A DNA stretch of 63,960 nt, filler included, from Olpidium bornovanus S191 (taxonomy: Eukaryota; Fungi; Olpidiomycota), in assembly GCA_017911155.1 (NCBI GenBank). It is 35 parts of 35 records of this genome, joined end to end, with 100 filler letters (N's around TTAATTAATTAA, not from the genome) between each part and the next. Parts side by side here need not be neighbours in the genome. Positions count along the whole stretch, not along the records: positions 11,975 to 13,703 come from JAEFCI010006572.1; positions 13,804 to 15,084 come from JAEFCI010003034.1; positions 15,185 to 16,359 come from JAEFCI010009782.1; positions 16,460 to 17,696 come from JAEFCI010001240.1; positions 17,797 to 19,901 come from JAEFCI010008114.1; positions 20,002 to 21,368 come from JAEFCI010011683.1; positions 21,469 to 26,794 come from JAEFCI010005689.1; 28 more parts are not named here. The stretch is one strand, 5' to 3'. Of this stretch, positions 12,890 through 23,214 are shown one piece after another. The notes below the pieces were generated by a model. It was not told the origin of the DNA, did not search any database, and saw only the letters and a program-made list of their open reading frames with translations. Position numbers and translations under genes: made by a program. Position 1 is the stretch's first letter, and each line of letters opens with the position of its first letter.

Positions 12890-13803
12890 CCTAATATCTA
12901 AACGGGGTCCTGAAAGCCGGCCGGACAGGCGCCGTTGGCGGAAACGGGCGCCAAGGCCCAGTTGGGCTGTTTGACCGGTCGAACGCTGAGCTCGATACAA
13001 GTCTGTTGCCAAGCCGGACACGCGATTATGTTTCCTGACCAGATCATGAGGCTTTGTCCGGTGTAGCCGAGGCTGATGCTCGACTGGTAGGTGAAGGTTT
13101 GTTGCCCAACCGGTGGGCGAGGCACTTGTCGACGGAATGTCCCCGTCGATTACAGCAAAGATTTTGCGACAAGGACGTTGGTATCATACCGATTCCCCCA
13201 GGTGCGCAGCACAGCCCAAGAGGAACCGGCTGCGAGGGAGTTTGGCGGGCGGGACGCGAAATTTCGCACAGGTAGCGACTCGACCGGCGTTTGCTGTGAA
13301 ACTGGGAAAAGTGGAAGGGAAAAGAGGGGGCGCGAAGCCTTTAATCTCGTTTTCTTCGAATTGACTCCCAAATGTCACGTTGACTAACAGAAAAAAATGC
13401 GGTGGCAGCAGGCGTGTATTGCCGCCCCAAATTCGCGGATTTCTTCTTCCGGCACGATACAACGAGAGACTCCCCCCAGAAAAAATCAATCCGCAGAGTG
13501 AAAGATTGAGCTGCCGAAGTCGACTCATTCCCCCGCCCACCCGCTCATTCTGATGTCAAGCTCGCCTACGTTCGTATGTTGGAACATGCTTATTACTAGC
13601 CGCTCGTCGCAAATCAGGATCGTGGTCCGCGCCGTTTCCTCATCCTTCCCCTCTCCTCTTGTGGGTGGCCTGCGTGGGCATTTTCACTTGCCGACAGCTG
13701 CCCNNNNNNNNNNNNNNNNNNNNNNNNNNNNNNNNNNNNNNNNNNNNTTAATTAATTAANNNNNNNNNNNNNNNNNNNNNNNNNNNNNNNNNNNNNNNNN
13801 NNN

Positions 13804-13987
13804 AACCCTAACCCTAACCCTAACCCTAACCCTAACCCTAACCCTAACCCTAACCCTAACCCTAACCCTAACCCTAACCCTACAACTTTCATTAAGGGAC
13901 CAGGGCAAAAAAAAAAACCCTAACTCGGGAGACCCCTTGTAACCCTAACCCTAACCCTAACCCTAACCCTAACCCTAACCCTAACCC
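13804..13987. repeat. Telomeric (CCCTAA)n array at contig start (left chromosome end), interrupted at 13883-13939
   Basis: Perfect CCCTAA runs 13804-13882 and 13940-13987. Confidence 0.97.
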
Positions 13988-14256
13988 AGCGCACAACCAC
14001 GCGAACACGGACCCCCTCGTGGGGACCACCACCACGCAGGAGAGGGACCATGACCGCGCCTGCGACCGCGCGGACGAGGAACGAACTTTGCCGTCGTTCT
14101 GCCCCTCCGCTCGGTCGACGAGCATATATAGTGCTCTCCCCGTTCCGTAGCTCCATGCCCAACAGACTTGGCGGACTCCCCCACTCGAACAGACCCCGGA
14201 GGTACCTTTCTCTTCCCGAACTCGTTAGCCTCGTCACCTTACCTGTAGCCCTCGCT

Positions 14257-15041
14257 CGGACCTGACGTCGCAATAAAAAGAGACTTGAACTTTGCCGAAT
14301 CTTCCCGCAGTACAGTACGTGCGGACCTGACGTCGCAATAAAAAGAGACTTAAACTTTGCCGAATCTTCCCGCAGTACAGTACGTATCTCGAGAAGCAGT
14401 ACAGTACGTATCTCGAGAAAACAGGATTGGATTGGATGCCTTTTCGGGCGTTGGGCGTTGCCACTGGGGACGTCCTGGACGGCGCGGAGACTTCTGGACC
14501 TGCAGCGGTGTATATGTATCCACCACTAGATTGGTGCCACTGGGGACGTCCTGGACGGCGCGGAGACTTCTGGACCTGCAGCGGTGTATATGTATCCACC
14601 ACTAGATTGGTGGTGGTAATACAATGCATTTAGATCTAATCTTACTATTTATAAGAATTTACATTAAGTATTGCAATCAAGGAAGCAGCTTCCACAGCAG
14701 AATGGAGATCCAAACTTCTCGATTTAGTTTAACCTAGCAAAGTACTTTTTATTTAACCTAGCAAAGTACTTTTTAATGTTATCGATATACCTCAGTCCAT
14801 TAGATTATATATAATAGTATAAGTATTACTATATAATGGAATTGGTGTTGCTTACATTAGCAATAAATGGATTATTAAGACTTGGGAGATCCAAACTTCT
14901 CGATTTAGTTTAACCTAGCAAAGTACTTTTTAATGTTATCGATATACCTCAGTCCATTAGATTATATATAATAGTATAAGTATTACTATATAATGGAATT
15001 GGTGTTGCTTACATTAGCAGTAAATGGATTATTAAGACTTG
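14257..15041. repeat. Subtelomeric tandem duplications: 65 bp x2 (14257/14322), 24 bp x2 (14372/14396), 76 bp x2 (14459/14535), about 157 bp x2 (14704/14885; first copy has an extra internal 24-bp duplication)
   Basis: Direct alignment of the copies by eye. Confidence 0.93.
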
Positions 15042-15925
15042 AACAGTAACTTGTACACTAACCATTCTAGTGGTAATATGCCTTNNNNNNNNNNNNNNNN
15101 NNNNNNNNNNNNNNNNNNNNNNNNNNNNTTAATTAATTAANNNNNNNNNNNNNNNNNNNNNNNNNNNNNNNNNNNNNNNNNNNNCGATTTCTCTCCGGAA
15201 GTCCTACCCCGGCCCATAGCGTGCAAGCAGCGCCCTCCTTCGCGGATGTCCGGCTCGCTCCCGTCTGGTGGGGGCAGCCTCTGCAGGTTACGGTGAATCC
15301 CCATGTCCCCGACATAGTTACCTAACACATCCCAGCAAATTGCAGAAACTGCGGAGATCTCCCGAGCACTTTATCAATTTAAGTTCCGCAGAAGACCTGA
15401 AGGACGATGCTAGGTAAGGCCACGAGCAGAACACAAGGCGACGTGCGGCTGCGGCCGGAAGTAGCCGGTTTTTGTATTGAAATACGAGAAAGAGAAAAAA
15501 AAAACAGAAAGGAAGGGGGTGCGTGTGCGCCTTGAATCCGCAAGCAGTTTCGACAGAAAAAAAGGTGAAAAAGGCAAAAACTTAAAAAGACATAAAAAAT
15601 ATAAACCCCGGGTTGAAAAAGCAAGGAGAGTTCGGGAAATAAGGGAAGCGGGGATTTACCCCATAAAAAAACTGAAAAAAGAAAAACGCAAAGAGAGAGG
15701 ACAATAAAAAGCGAGACAGGCGAGACGGGGCGGCGAGCGAGGAGGGAGGAAAAGAACGTTCCACCCTTTCTGTCCCACAAGGCCCCACCTTCTCTCGAAA
15801 AGAAGGGAACTCAGTTACCGCTGTCGTGCACGCGTCGAGATAAAAAAAAAAAAAAGCGAAGGCGCGTTAGAGAGAAGACGGCTGAGGGGAGGGGGGCCGC
15901 CGGGAAAAAAAGTTCCAAAAACCAA

Positions 15926-15964
15926 AAATAATAATAATAATAATAATAATAATGATAATAATAG
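15926..15964. repeat. (AAT)n microsatellite
   Basis: aataataataat tract. Confidence 0.9.
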
Positions 15965-17354
15965 TAAGATATTCCGCAACTTACACTCCGCCAACGCCGC
16001 CCTACACCGGGACTGGACCATGAGGACGTAGCCAGGCGGCGGCGGTGGCAACTGGACAAGCGGCGCAGCGACCAGAGGGTGCGGATGCTGCGCGATCGCC
16101 TGGGGCAGAGGCTGCAACGGGAAGATCCCGCCCTCCGCCGTCGCCGCCGCCATCTGCTGTTGCGACTGTGGCTGCGGGGGCCACATCGGGGACGCTCTAG
16201 GGACCGCCGTGGGGCCCACGGCCGTCGCATAAGGGTAACATGGCGACGTCGTGACGGCGGACGACGGGTAGCGGGAGAGGGCTGCGGGCGGGTAGACCGC
16301 GCATTCCACGGCGGCTGACGTCATCACGGGGAGCGCAGGGGTGGCGAGTGGGCGGCGACNNNNNNNNNNNNNNNNNNNNNNNNNNNNNNNNNNNNNNNNN
16401 NNNTTAATTAATTAANNNNNNNNNNNNNNNNNNNNNNNNNNNNNNNNNNNNNNNNNNNNAAAAAAAAGAAGGCCGCGGACGGGGGGGGGTTAACGCCTTT
16501 TTATACCCGCGGGGGCGGGGGCGGGCGCGGTGCGGGCCGGGCCGGGCCGGACGTCCGGCGCGTCCGAGGAGGCGGGGTGGGGGGAGAAAGGGGCGGGTCG
16601 GGGCGGTGGACGAATGGCGGCGCTCGTTTACCGCCGCATAAATGCGCATGACGTGAGGCGCGCTAATCTGACAACCGGGGTGGCCCCCGCGGCCCGCCCA
16701 AAGGGCGCCGCCGAAGCGCGTGCGAAAAACCAACCACTCGCTCAGGACGGCCGGACGGCGTTTGACGCCTGCGTCGCGCTCGCCGAGCTCCAGAGGGAGC
16801 CCTCGGCCGGGGCGCCCAACTTCGCTGGGGCGTGATCTTCACCCGACGTGTCACCTCGGACGCGCGCCGCAAGGGGGAGGAGGACGGCGCGCCGTGGGCA
16901 GACCTGCGAGGAAGAGCTCCGACAGGCAGAGCGCCGTCTACGGCGGGGGAGATGCAAAAAAAAAAAAAAAAAAAAACCCCCAGCGGGGGGGGGGGGGGGC
17001 GGGGGGGGAAAAGAAAAAAAAAAAAAAAAAAAACAACCGTCAGCGGGGACGGGACGAAGCAGGGGTGAGGAGGAAGTACGGGAGCGGCGATTTCGACCGG
17101 AGCGCGATCACGGCCGAAGCGCGTTTTTGGCCTGAACGACGTAGTTGGTCGGAGCGCGACGTGGGACGCGTAAAGGAGCTCAAAACCGGCGGAGCGCTTT
17201 TGACGGAGAGGGGGGCGGGGGGAGGGTTGGTCTACGGCGCGGGAGAGAAGAAGAAACCGGGCAAAAAAAAGCCGGAAGAGGAGGGAGGGGAGGGAAGGCT
17301 GCTTAAACGAACGAGCAAAGGCGGGGGCGGAGCCTGGAAGCGCCCACGGAACGA

Positions 17355-17590
17355 GCGCGATCTTGACCGGGCGCGATCGTGACTGGTGCGTGATCTTGAC
17401 CGGGGTGTGATCTTCACCGTGGCGTGATCTTCACCGGAGCGTGATTTTGACCGGAGCGTGATCTTGACCGAAACGTGATCTTGACCGAAGCGTGATCTTT
17501 ACCGTGGCGTGATCTTGACCGGGGAGTAATATTGATCGAGGCGTGATTCTGACCGGGCCGTGCACTAGATCTGGGCATGATCTTTATACG
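17355..17590. repeat. Minisatellite, about 14 units with 17-bp period, core (G)CGTGATCTT(G/C)ACCG
   Basis: GAT core at 17392, 17409, 17426, 17443, 17460, 17477, 17494, 17511 etc.; an isolated copy at 16830-16843. Confidence 0.92.
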
Positions 17591-17797
17591 TAACGACAGC
17601 ACGCACGCCGGCATAAACAGGGCCGCATCCAACCTCCACAAACAGATATCGATATGCTTTGAAGTAGGGCTCGCTATCGATGAGACGACGCTTCTCNNNN
17701 NNNNNNNNNNNNNNNNNNNNNNNNNNNNNNNNNNNNNNNNTTAATTAATTAANNNNNNNNNNNNNNNNNNNNNNNNNNNNNNNNNNNNNNNNNNNNC

Positions 17798-18808
17798 ATG
17801 ATGAGCAGGTTCTCCGTCGATATCAACCGCATCAACAACTCTTGCGCGACCGCGCTCGGCATGGCGGTCCAGCATTCGCACAACTACTGCTACGACACGT
17901 TCCCCAGGCTCCTGGATTGCCTGCAGCCTGCGCTGCAGTGCTCCGACTACCACGGAAGGTGCTTTCTCCACCACATCATCCTGGCAGAGTTCGATGACGA
18001 CGACGAGCAGCACGCCGTATATTATTTACACCACACCTTGGCCCGCATCCTGGCGCATCGTCAGCAATATGGTTGGCTTCTAAACGCCCCCGACAGAAGG
18101 GGCGACACCCCGGTGGCCCTGGCGCGGAGGCTTGGCCGCAAGCACATGCTCCACATGCTGCTCAGCGCCGGGGCTCCTGACGCTTTCCCCGAGCTGAGCG
18201 ACGAGACCGAAGGCAAGGCCGCGGAAGTGGAGGACACGGAAATGCAGGACGCTCCCGGCGCCTCCGCGGAGGCGCCGCCTGAGGCGGCGGACGACAAAAC
18301 GTTCGACGCGTGGTCCGCGGACGCGCGCGAGAACTACTTCCGCCGGCGCCGCGTGATTGACGAAATCGCGGTCGGGCGGCACCTGCCGTCCGCGATGGGC
18401 AAGGCCCGCGGCGCGACGTCGCCGGGCGCCGCAGCGGCAGCGGCCGACGACGCCGGCGGCGGCGCGGAGGAAGAAGAGGCGGAGGAACGGGCGAGGGTCG
18501 GCAGGCACCCGCAGCGGCTCGGGCGCGCCGCGGTCGGCCAGAGGCACCTCCGCCAGCGCGAGGATGGCCGCAAACTGGAGCGCCGACGCGAAGCGTCCCC
18601 TGGCCCGGATCCGTCTCGCGGGGGGAACGGCGGCGGCGGGGCGGACCGGGGCCAGCTCCGCCGCGAAATCGAGCAACTGGAGCACAAGCTTTTCGGGCCC
18701 AACGGCCTGTGGTGGTCGGGCCGCGCGACGAGCGCGCGAATGCCGCTGCCTTGTTCCTCTTCCCCGCTTCAGGTTCCCGACGGGAGCCGGCAGCCGAGCC
18801 TCGCGTAA
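17798..18808 (+). CDS. SBF/MBF-type (Swi4/Mbp1/Cdc10/Res family) transcription factor: ankyrin-repeat region plus C-terminal coiled coil; 5' truncated
   Basis: TALGMAV...FPRLLDCLQPALQCSDYHGRCFLHHI...YYL...LLNAPDRRGDTPVALARRLG...LLSAGA is the characteristic fungal SBF ankyrin block. Confidence 0.8.
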   Translation: MMSRFSVDINRINNSCATALGMAVQHSHNYCYDTFPRLLDCLQPALQCSDYHGRCFLHHIILAEFDDDDEQHAVYYLHHTLARILAHRQQYGWLLNAPDRRGDTPVALARRLGRKHMLHMLLSAGAPDAFPELSDETEGKAAEVEDTEMQDAPGASAEAPPEAADDKTFDAWSADARENYFRRRRVIDEIAVGRHLPSAMGKARGATSPGAAAAAADDAGGGAEEEEAEERARVGRHPQRLGRAAVGQRHLRQREDGRKLERRREASPGPDPSRGGNGGGGADRGQLRREIEQLEHKLFGPNGLWWSGRATSARMPLPCSSSPLQVPDGSRQPSLA

Positions 18809-19054
18809 GCAAAACTTCCACTCCCCCCCGCCACCCACCCACCCACGGTCCCGACAAAAAGAATAAAGTTTCCCAAATTTCCTTGGTTTTTTTTTTTTCC
18901 TCCCCCTTTCCGCACACAAAACGAACGCCGCCCGTCGCGGGGGCGTTCGTTGTCTTGGTTCAGGAACGCCCGCCAGGCTGGCGTAACCGCACGTTGGGAG
19001 AGAACGGCGTGGGGCAGGGGGGGTGAAGGCTCCCGCGCAGTTTCTGCGGCGGTG

Positions 19055-19220
19055 GAGAGGGAGAGAGAGAGAGAGAGAGAGAGCGAGCAGCCGCAGGGGG
19101 GGAGCGAGCGCGGGAGGAGGAGCGGGAGGGGAAGGGGGAGGGCGCCCTCTCCGCATTCCTTCCGACACGCACAGAATCCATCACCCCCCTTTCCGACGGA
19201 GACAGAAAGAGAGAGAGAGA

Positions 19221-19288
<68 letters not shown>

Positions 19289-19318
19289 ACAGAGACAGAG
19301 AGAGACAGAGAGAGATTG
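19055..19318. repeat. (GA)n-rich microsatellite cluster
   Basis: Several gagaga tracts. Confidence 0.9.
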
Positions 19319-20431
19319 GGAAAAAGAGAGGCCCGTCACCATCGACCACCGTCAACCACTGCGGAACGGTGCTTCGGCTGCCCCCGGGCTTCGGTCGACC
19401 CCGAAATTCCCTTTCTTGGGCCCAAAATTTTTCTTTCTTTTTTTTTGTTTTTTTTTTTTTTGGAGGGTGGGGCACCGCCGAGTGGCAATGTGTTCACCGT
19501 AAGAATTTACATACTCTCCTGTTCGCGACGCAATCCCTGCGAACACGCACAGCGGACGCCACTTACCCCAGGCACACAACGGACACTGCTTACCCCCAGA
19601 CACGTTGCACACACTGTTAACCCCAGACAAACAGTGCACACTGCTACACTGACCCAAGCATAAACTATGCCATGTGACCGGGAAGCCGACCCCCGCTCCA
19701 GTGCAAGCCCGCCTGGACGAGACGCCGTCTTCTTCACAGGGCGAATGGCCAGAGACGACGCACAACCAACTCTTTGATCACCTCCTCCTCCCGCCTTTCT
19801 AATTGAGGTGGAGAACGCAACACTCAAAACGCAGGTGCTTCACCTTTGCAATGCCGGATGGACAGACTGTATCGAATGCAAAATCATTTTCTGACACTGA
19901 CNNNNNNNNNNNNNNNNNNNNNNNNNNNNNNNNNNNNNNNNNNNNTTAATTAATTAANNNNNNNNNNNNNNNNNNNNNNNNNNNNNNNNNNNNNNNNNNN
20001 NCATGTCAAAGATGGCCAGGTACGAGTGGCTTTTTGCCTGTACCTGCCGCTTGGCAACGTAGCGAGATGCCCCTGCCCAAGCAAGAAGGTCGCGGAGCTC
20101 TCGGTTCCAAACAAAAAAAAGCCTTCCTCATCGAGCGGCCAAAAAAACTCTTGTTCTCGATGATTGCCAGCAGCAAAGCACGCCCTCGAAGTCTGCTGCC
20201 TTTGCCTGGAAAACCAGTTCTCTGCAGAGGCCCTTGCGTTGAGAAGGGTACGGCAAGGGGCTGTGTGGGGCGTGGGGGCTGGGGCACCAAAGGTGTTACG
20301 CGTCTTGTTTTTTTCTTCTGGCGTGGATGGGGTATGGCACAATGATCCATGGATACATGGTGCGCGATCTGCGTCTTACTGTCCAGGGATCGGCGCGACG
20401 CAAATTCAACTCACGTGTACATGAACGAGTG

Positions 20432-20587
20432 GGACAGTCGCTTTGTGAAACTCAGACGTGGGACCTGCCCGCTCGAGGTTGGGTTTGGAACAGAAAGTGG
20501 GGCCGTGGGAAGTGTCCAAGTGTCTATTTGTGGAGCGCTGGATGCCGTTTTCGGTCCCACCGTCTGAGTTTCATAAAGCGACTGTCC
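20432..20587. repeat. 35-bp inverted repeat with 87-bp spacer (MITE-like or hairpin)
   Basis: ggacagtcgctttgtgaaactcagacg-tgggacc (20432-20465) vs reverse complement of 20553-20587: 1 mismatch and 1 indel. Confidence 0.85.
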
Positions 20588-21468
20588 GCAAGCGGGCAAC
20601 GTACTCATACATGTCCACACCAGCGTTGGCCCAGTGGGGTGGCCCAGTAGATAGCCCAGTCCCCCATCGCCGTATGTGTGGTGATCGCAGTTCGGGTCAC
20701 TCAGGTTTGACACCGGTGATAACCCACATCCCCCACACCACCATATCCTGGGTAATACGGCCGTCAAAAGCCGGTGATACGAGAAAACGGCTCTCTGATG
20801 GTTTGACACCCCCTAATGCAGTGTAAAGAAACGGAGCAAAATGAAACCAAGTATCGACCAAACTTCTGCTCGAGAGCTATCCGACCGTTCTCTCACTCTG
20901 TGGACTCTGTGTTTTCGCGGCCGCCGGAGGCGATTGTTTTACCGGGCGAAAAACGCGCGAGTCTTGCAGTGGACGTGCGAAGGAAAGACGGCCGCCCCTT
21001 GCAGTGTGTTTTTGCGCGTGTGGCCACCGGCGGGATTCCGCAGGGAGGCGGCGAAAGCGCGCGCGTTTTTCGCTCACAGCTGCGGGCGTCCGCGGGTGTC
21101 TGCGGGTGTCTGCGGGTTGTCCGCGGGCGTCTTTCTTTTCTCTCCTCTCTCCTCGCTTTCTCTCTGAACGCGCCCGTTGGGAAGAAAAAAAAAGCAAAAA
21201 TAAATAAATAAATAAATAAATTAAGAAAACGGGCGGTGGTGGAGGAGCGGCGCGTGTTTTTCGCTCAGAGTGAATTTCTGGTTTTTTTTTTGGTGTTTGG
21301 TTCTAACCGCCCCCACAGCTGTCCGCTGACAACCCCGCATGACAAAAAAAAAAAAAAAAAAAAAAAAANNNNNNNNNNNNNNNNNNNNNNNNNNNNNNNN
21401 NNNNNNNNNNNNTTAATTAATTAANNNNNNNNNNNNNNNNNNNNNNNNNNNNNNNNNNNNNNNNNNNN

Positions 21469-23214
21469 CATGACGAGGAAGAACGCCGAGTTGACGAGGG
21501 CGTGCCTGATGACGAGCTGCTCAAAGGAAGATAGCAAGAGAAAAGGTCAGGGAAACTCCTCCAACTCATTACTCGCAAAAGGCGGTTAATCAGTTCGAAC
21601 TCCAAAAAAGTTTGAATCCCGGCGAGAGGAAGGGGGCGAAAAAAACTGCGAGGCGAACGGGAAGGGGAACGAGAAAAAGGGCGGGTCGAGCGCACCTTTA
21701 ACAACCATAATAACACGCTCTTGGATTTTTTTTTCTTGATTTCCCTCTGGTCAAACTCCCGCTTCATCATTTCAATTCGCTCGTTCAGTGCGGCAACCTG
21801 GCGCAAACGGTCGAAAGGCGTTAAAAGCCCACGGAGTTGCTTACTTCAGTACACCTGGATTCCCGGAAGCAACATACCTCGGTCTGCAAAGCCTGCAGCG
21901 CCGTCTCCGCCTCTTTCATTAGCAGGCCGTCACTTTTCCGCGGACCGAACGAGGAAGCAGGTGCGGTCGACGGGAGAACGACAGAATTCGATGGCGTCGG
22001 AGCCTGGTACCGCACCGACTTCAGCTGTTCAGGTTGAGTGTGGGAAACGGTGTAGGGTATTTGTACCGGGAGTTGGCGCTCCGAATCCGCGGGGTAAACC
22101 GCCACCCCTGTTGCTCCGTTGTACCCGGGTGTTGGTGCGCTTGCGTAAGGGTAGGCGCTCAGCGGCGGCGCAGTTGCCGCTGCGGCATTGATCCTTTTCG
22201 GCGGCGAAGACCCGTCAGACCTCTCCGCCCGAAAGGATGCAGGCGTCATGTATACAGCGCCGGCTGCCTCGGACAGGCTGCTGCTCCGCTCAGCCTCCTC
22301 GGCCGCCTCGCGCGCCGCCAGCGCCGCATTGTACTCCTCGCTGGACAAATACGCGTCGTTGTCCGTCGCAACGGACAACGGCGAGTGCGGTGCAAGTAGC
22401 GATCCCTCGCCGTGAACGCGTTCAACAGGGGGGTCTCCTGACCAACGCCGTCCTGTCGGTGACGACAGTTTGGATGGAAGTTTAGGGGCCTAAGAGTTTG
22501 TCGCACAGACCAGAAGGCAGAAGTCGCTCCATGCGCGCGGTTGGCGTGAGCGGCACCCCCCCCTGCCCCCGCCCATCCCCTCCCCCCCACTCCCCCACCA
22601 AAAAAAAGACATACCGAGATGAAGTATGCTTTGCAGGCACGTCTTCGCGTGCGGGTGCTCTTCGTATCGCTTAAGGAACTGCAGATGCAGTTAACAAGTC
22701 GGATCAGGACCAGACAGTCCACCGTAACACTAAACTCTCCGACGGCCGCTCACCTCGACGAAAGAATCAGTGTAGGCGTTCTTTGCGTCAGCGGAGGACA
22801 TTCCCTTCCTGGAATTCCAGGCGTCCCACTTCGCGCGCGCCACGTAATCATAGAACGCCGGCCGAGAGGCCTTGACGTCCCCTTCCATAGCTTGTTTGTA
22901 CAGCCCGTACATCTTTTCCCCAAGGGCACGCGCCGTTTCGCGCAGGCCAAATAGCAAGAGCGAACGTTAGCAGCAGCAAAAAGGCGGCTTTGAAAGTCTT
23001 TAGAAAATCTCAAGGTTGGAAGCACCTTAAGCTTCTCGTCGTTGTGCAGCTGTATGTTTCCGACCCCGCCGGGCGCCGAGTTGGTGGCGTCCGGTAGCGT
23101 CTTCACCAGTGAGACGGCCATTTGGAACCTTGCGGCCGCGTGCCCGTCATCTCCGCGTTTCGACGAGGTTTGGCTTTCGGAAACTTCGTCGTCGTCCTCG
23201 CGATCACTGGACAT
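21469..23214 (-). CDS. Acyl-CoA-binding-domain protein with C-terminal coiled coil and hydrophobic segment (ACBD5/Atg37-like), multi-exon, 3' truncated
   Basis: RFQMAVSLVKTLP...NDEKLK|MYGLYKQAMEGDV...RPAFYDYVARAKWDAWNSRKGMS (ACBP signature); ALQALQTE|VAALNERIEMMKRE...VLLWLLK. Confidence 0.85.

Noticed and set aside
17355-17590. 17-bp array as a CRISPR array or SR-protein RS domain
   Set aside because: Variable parts are only about 4 nt and no cas genes are present; the period is not a multiple of 3 and all minus frames contain stops.
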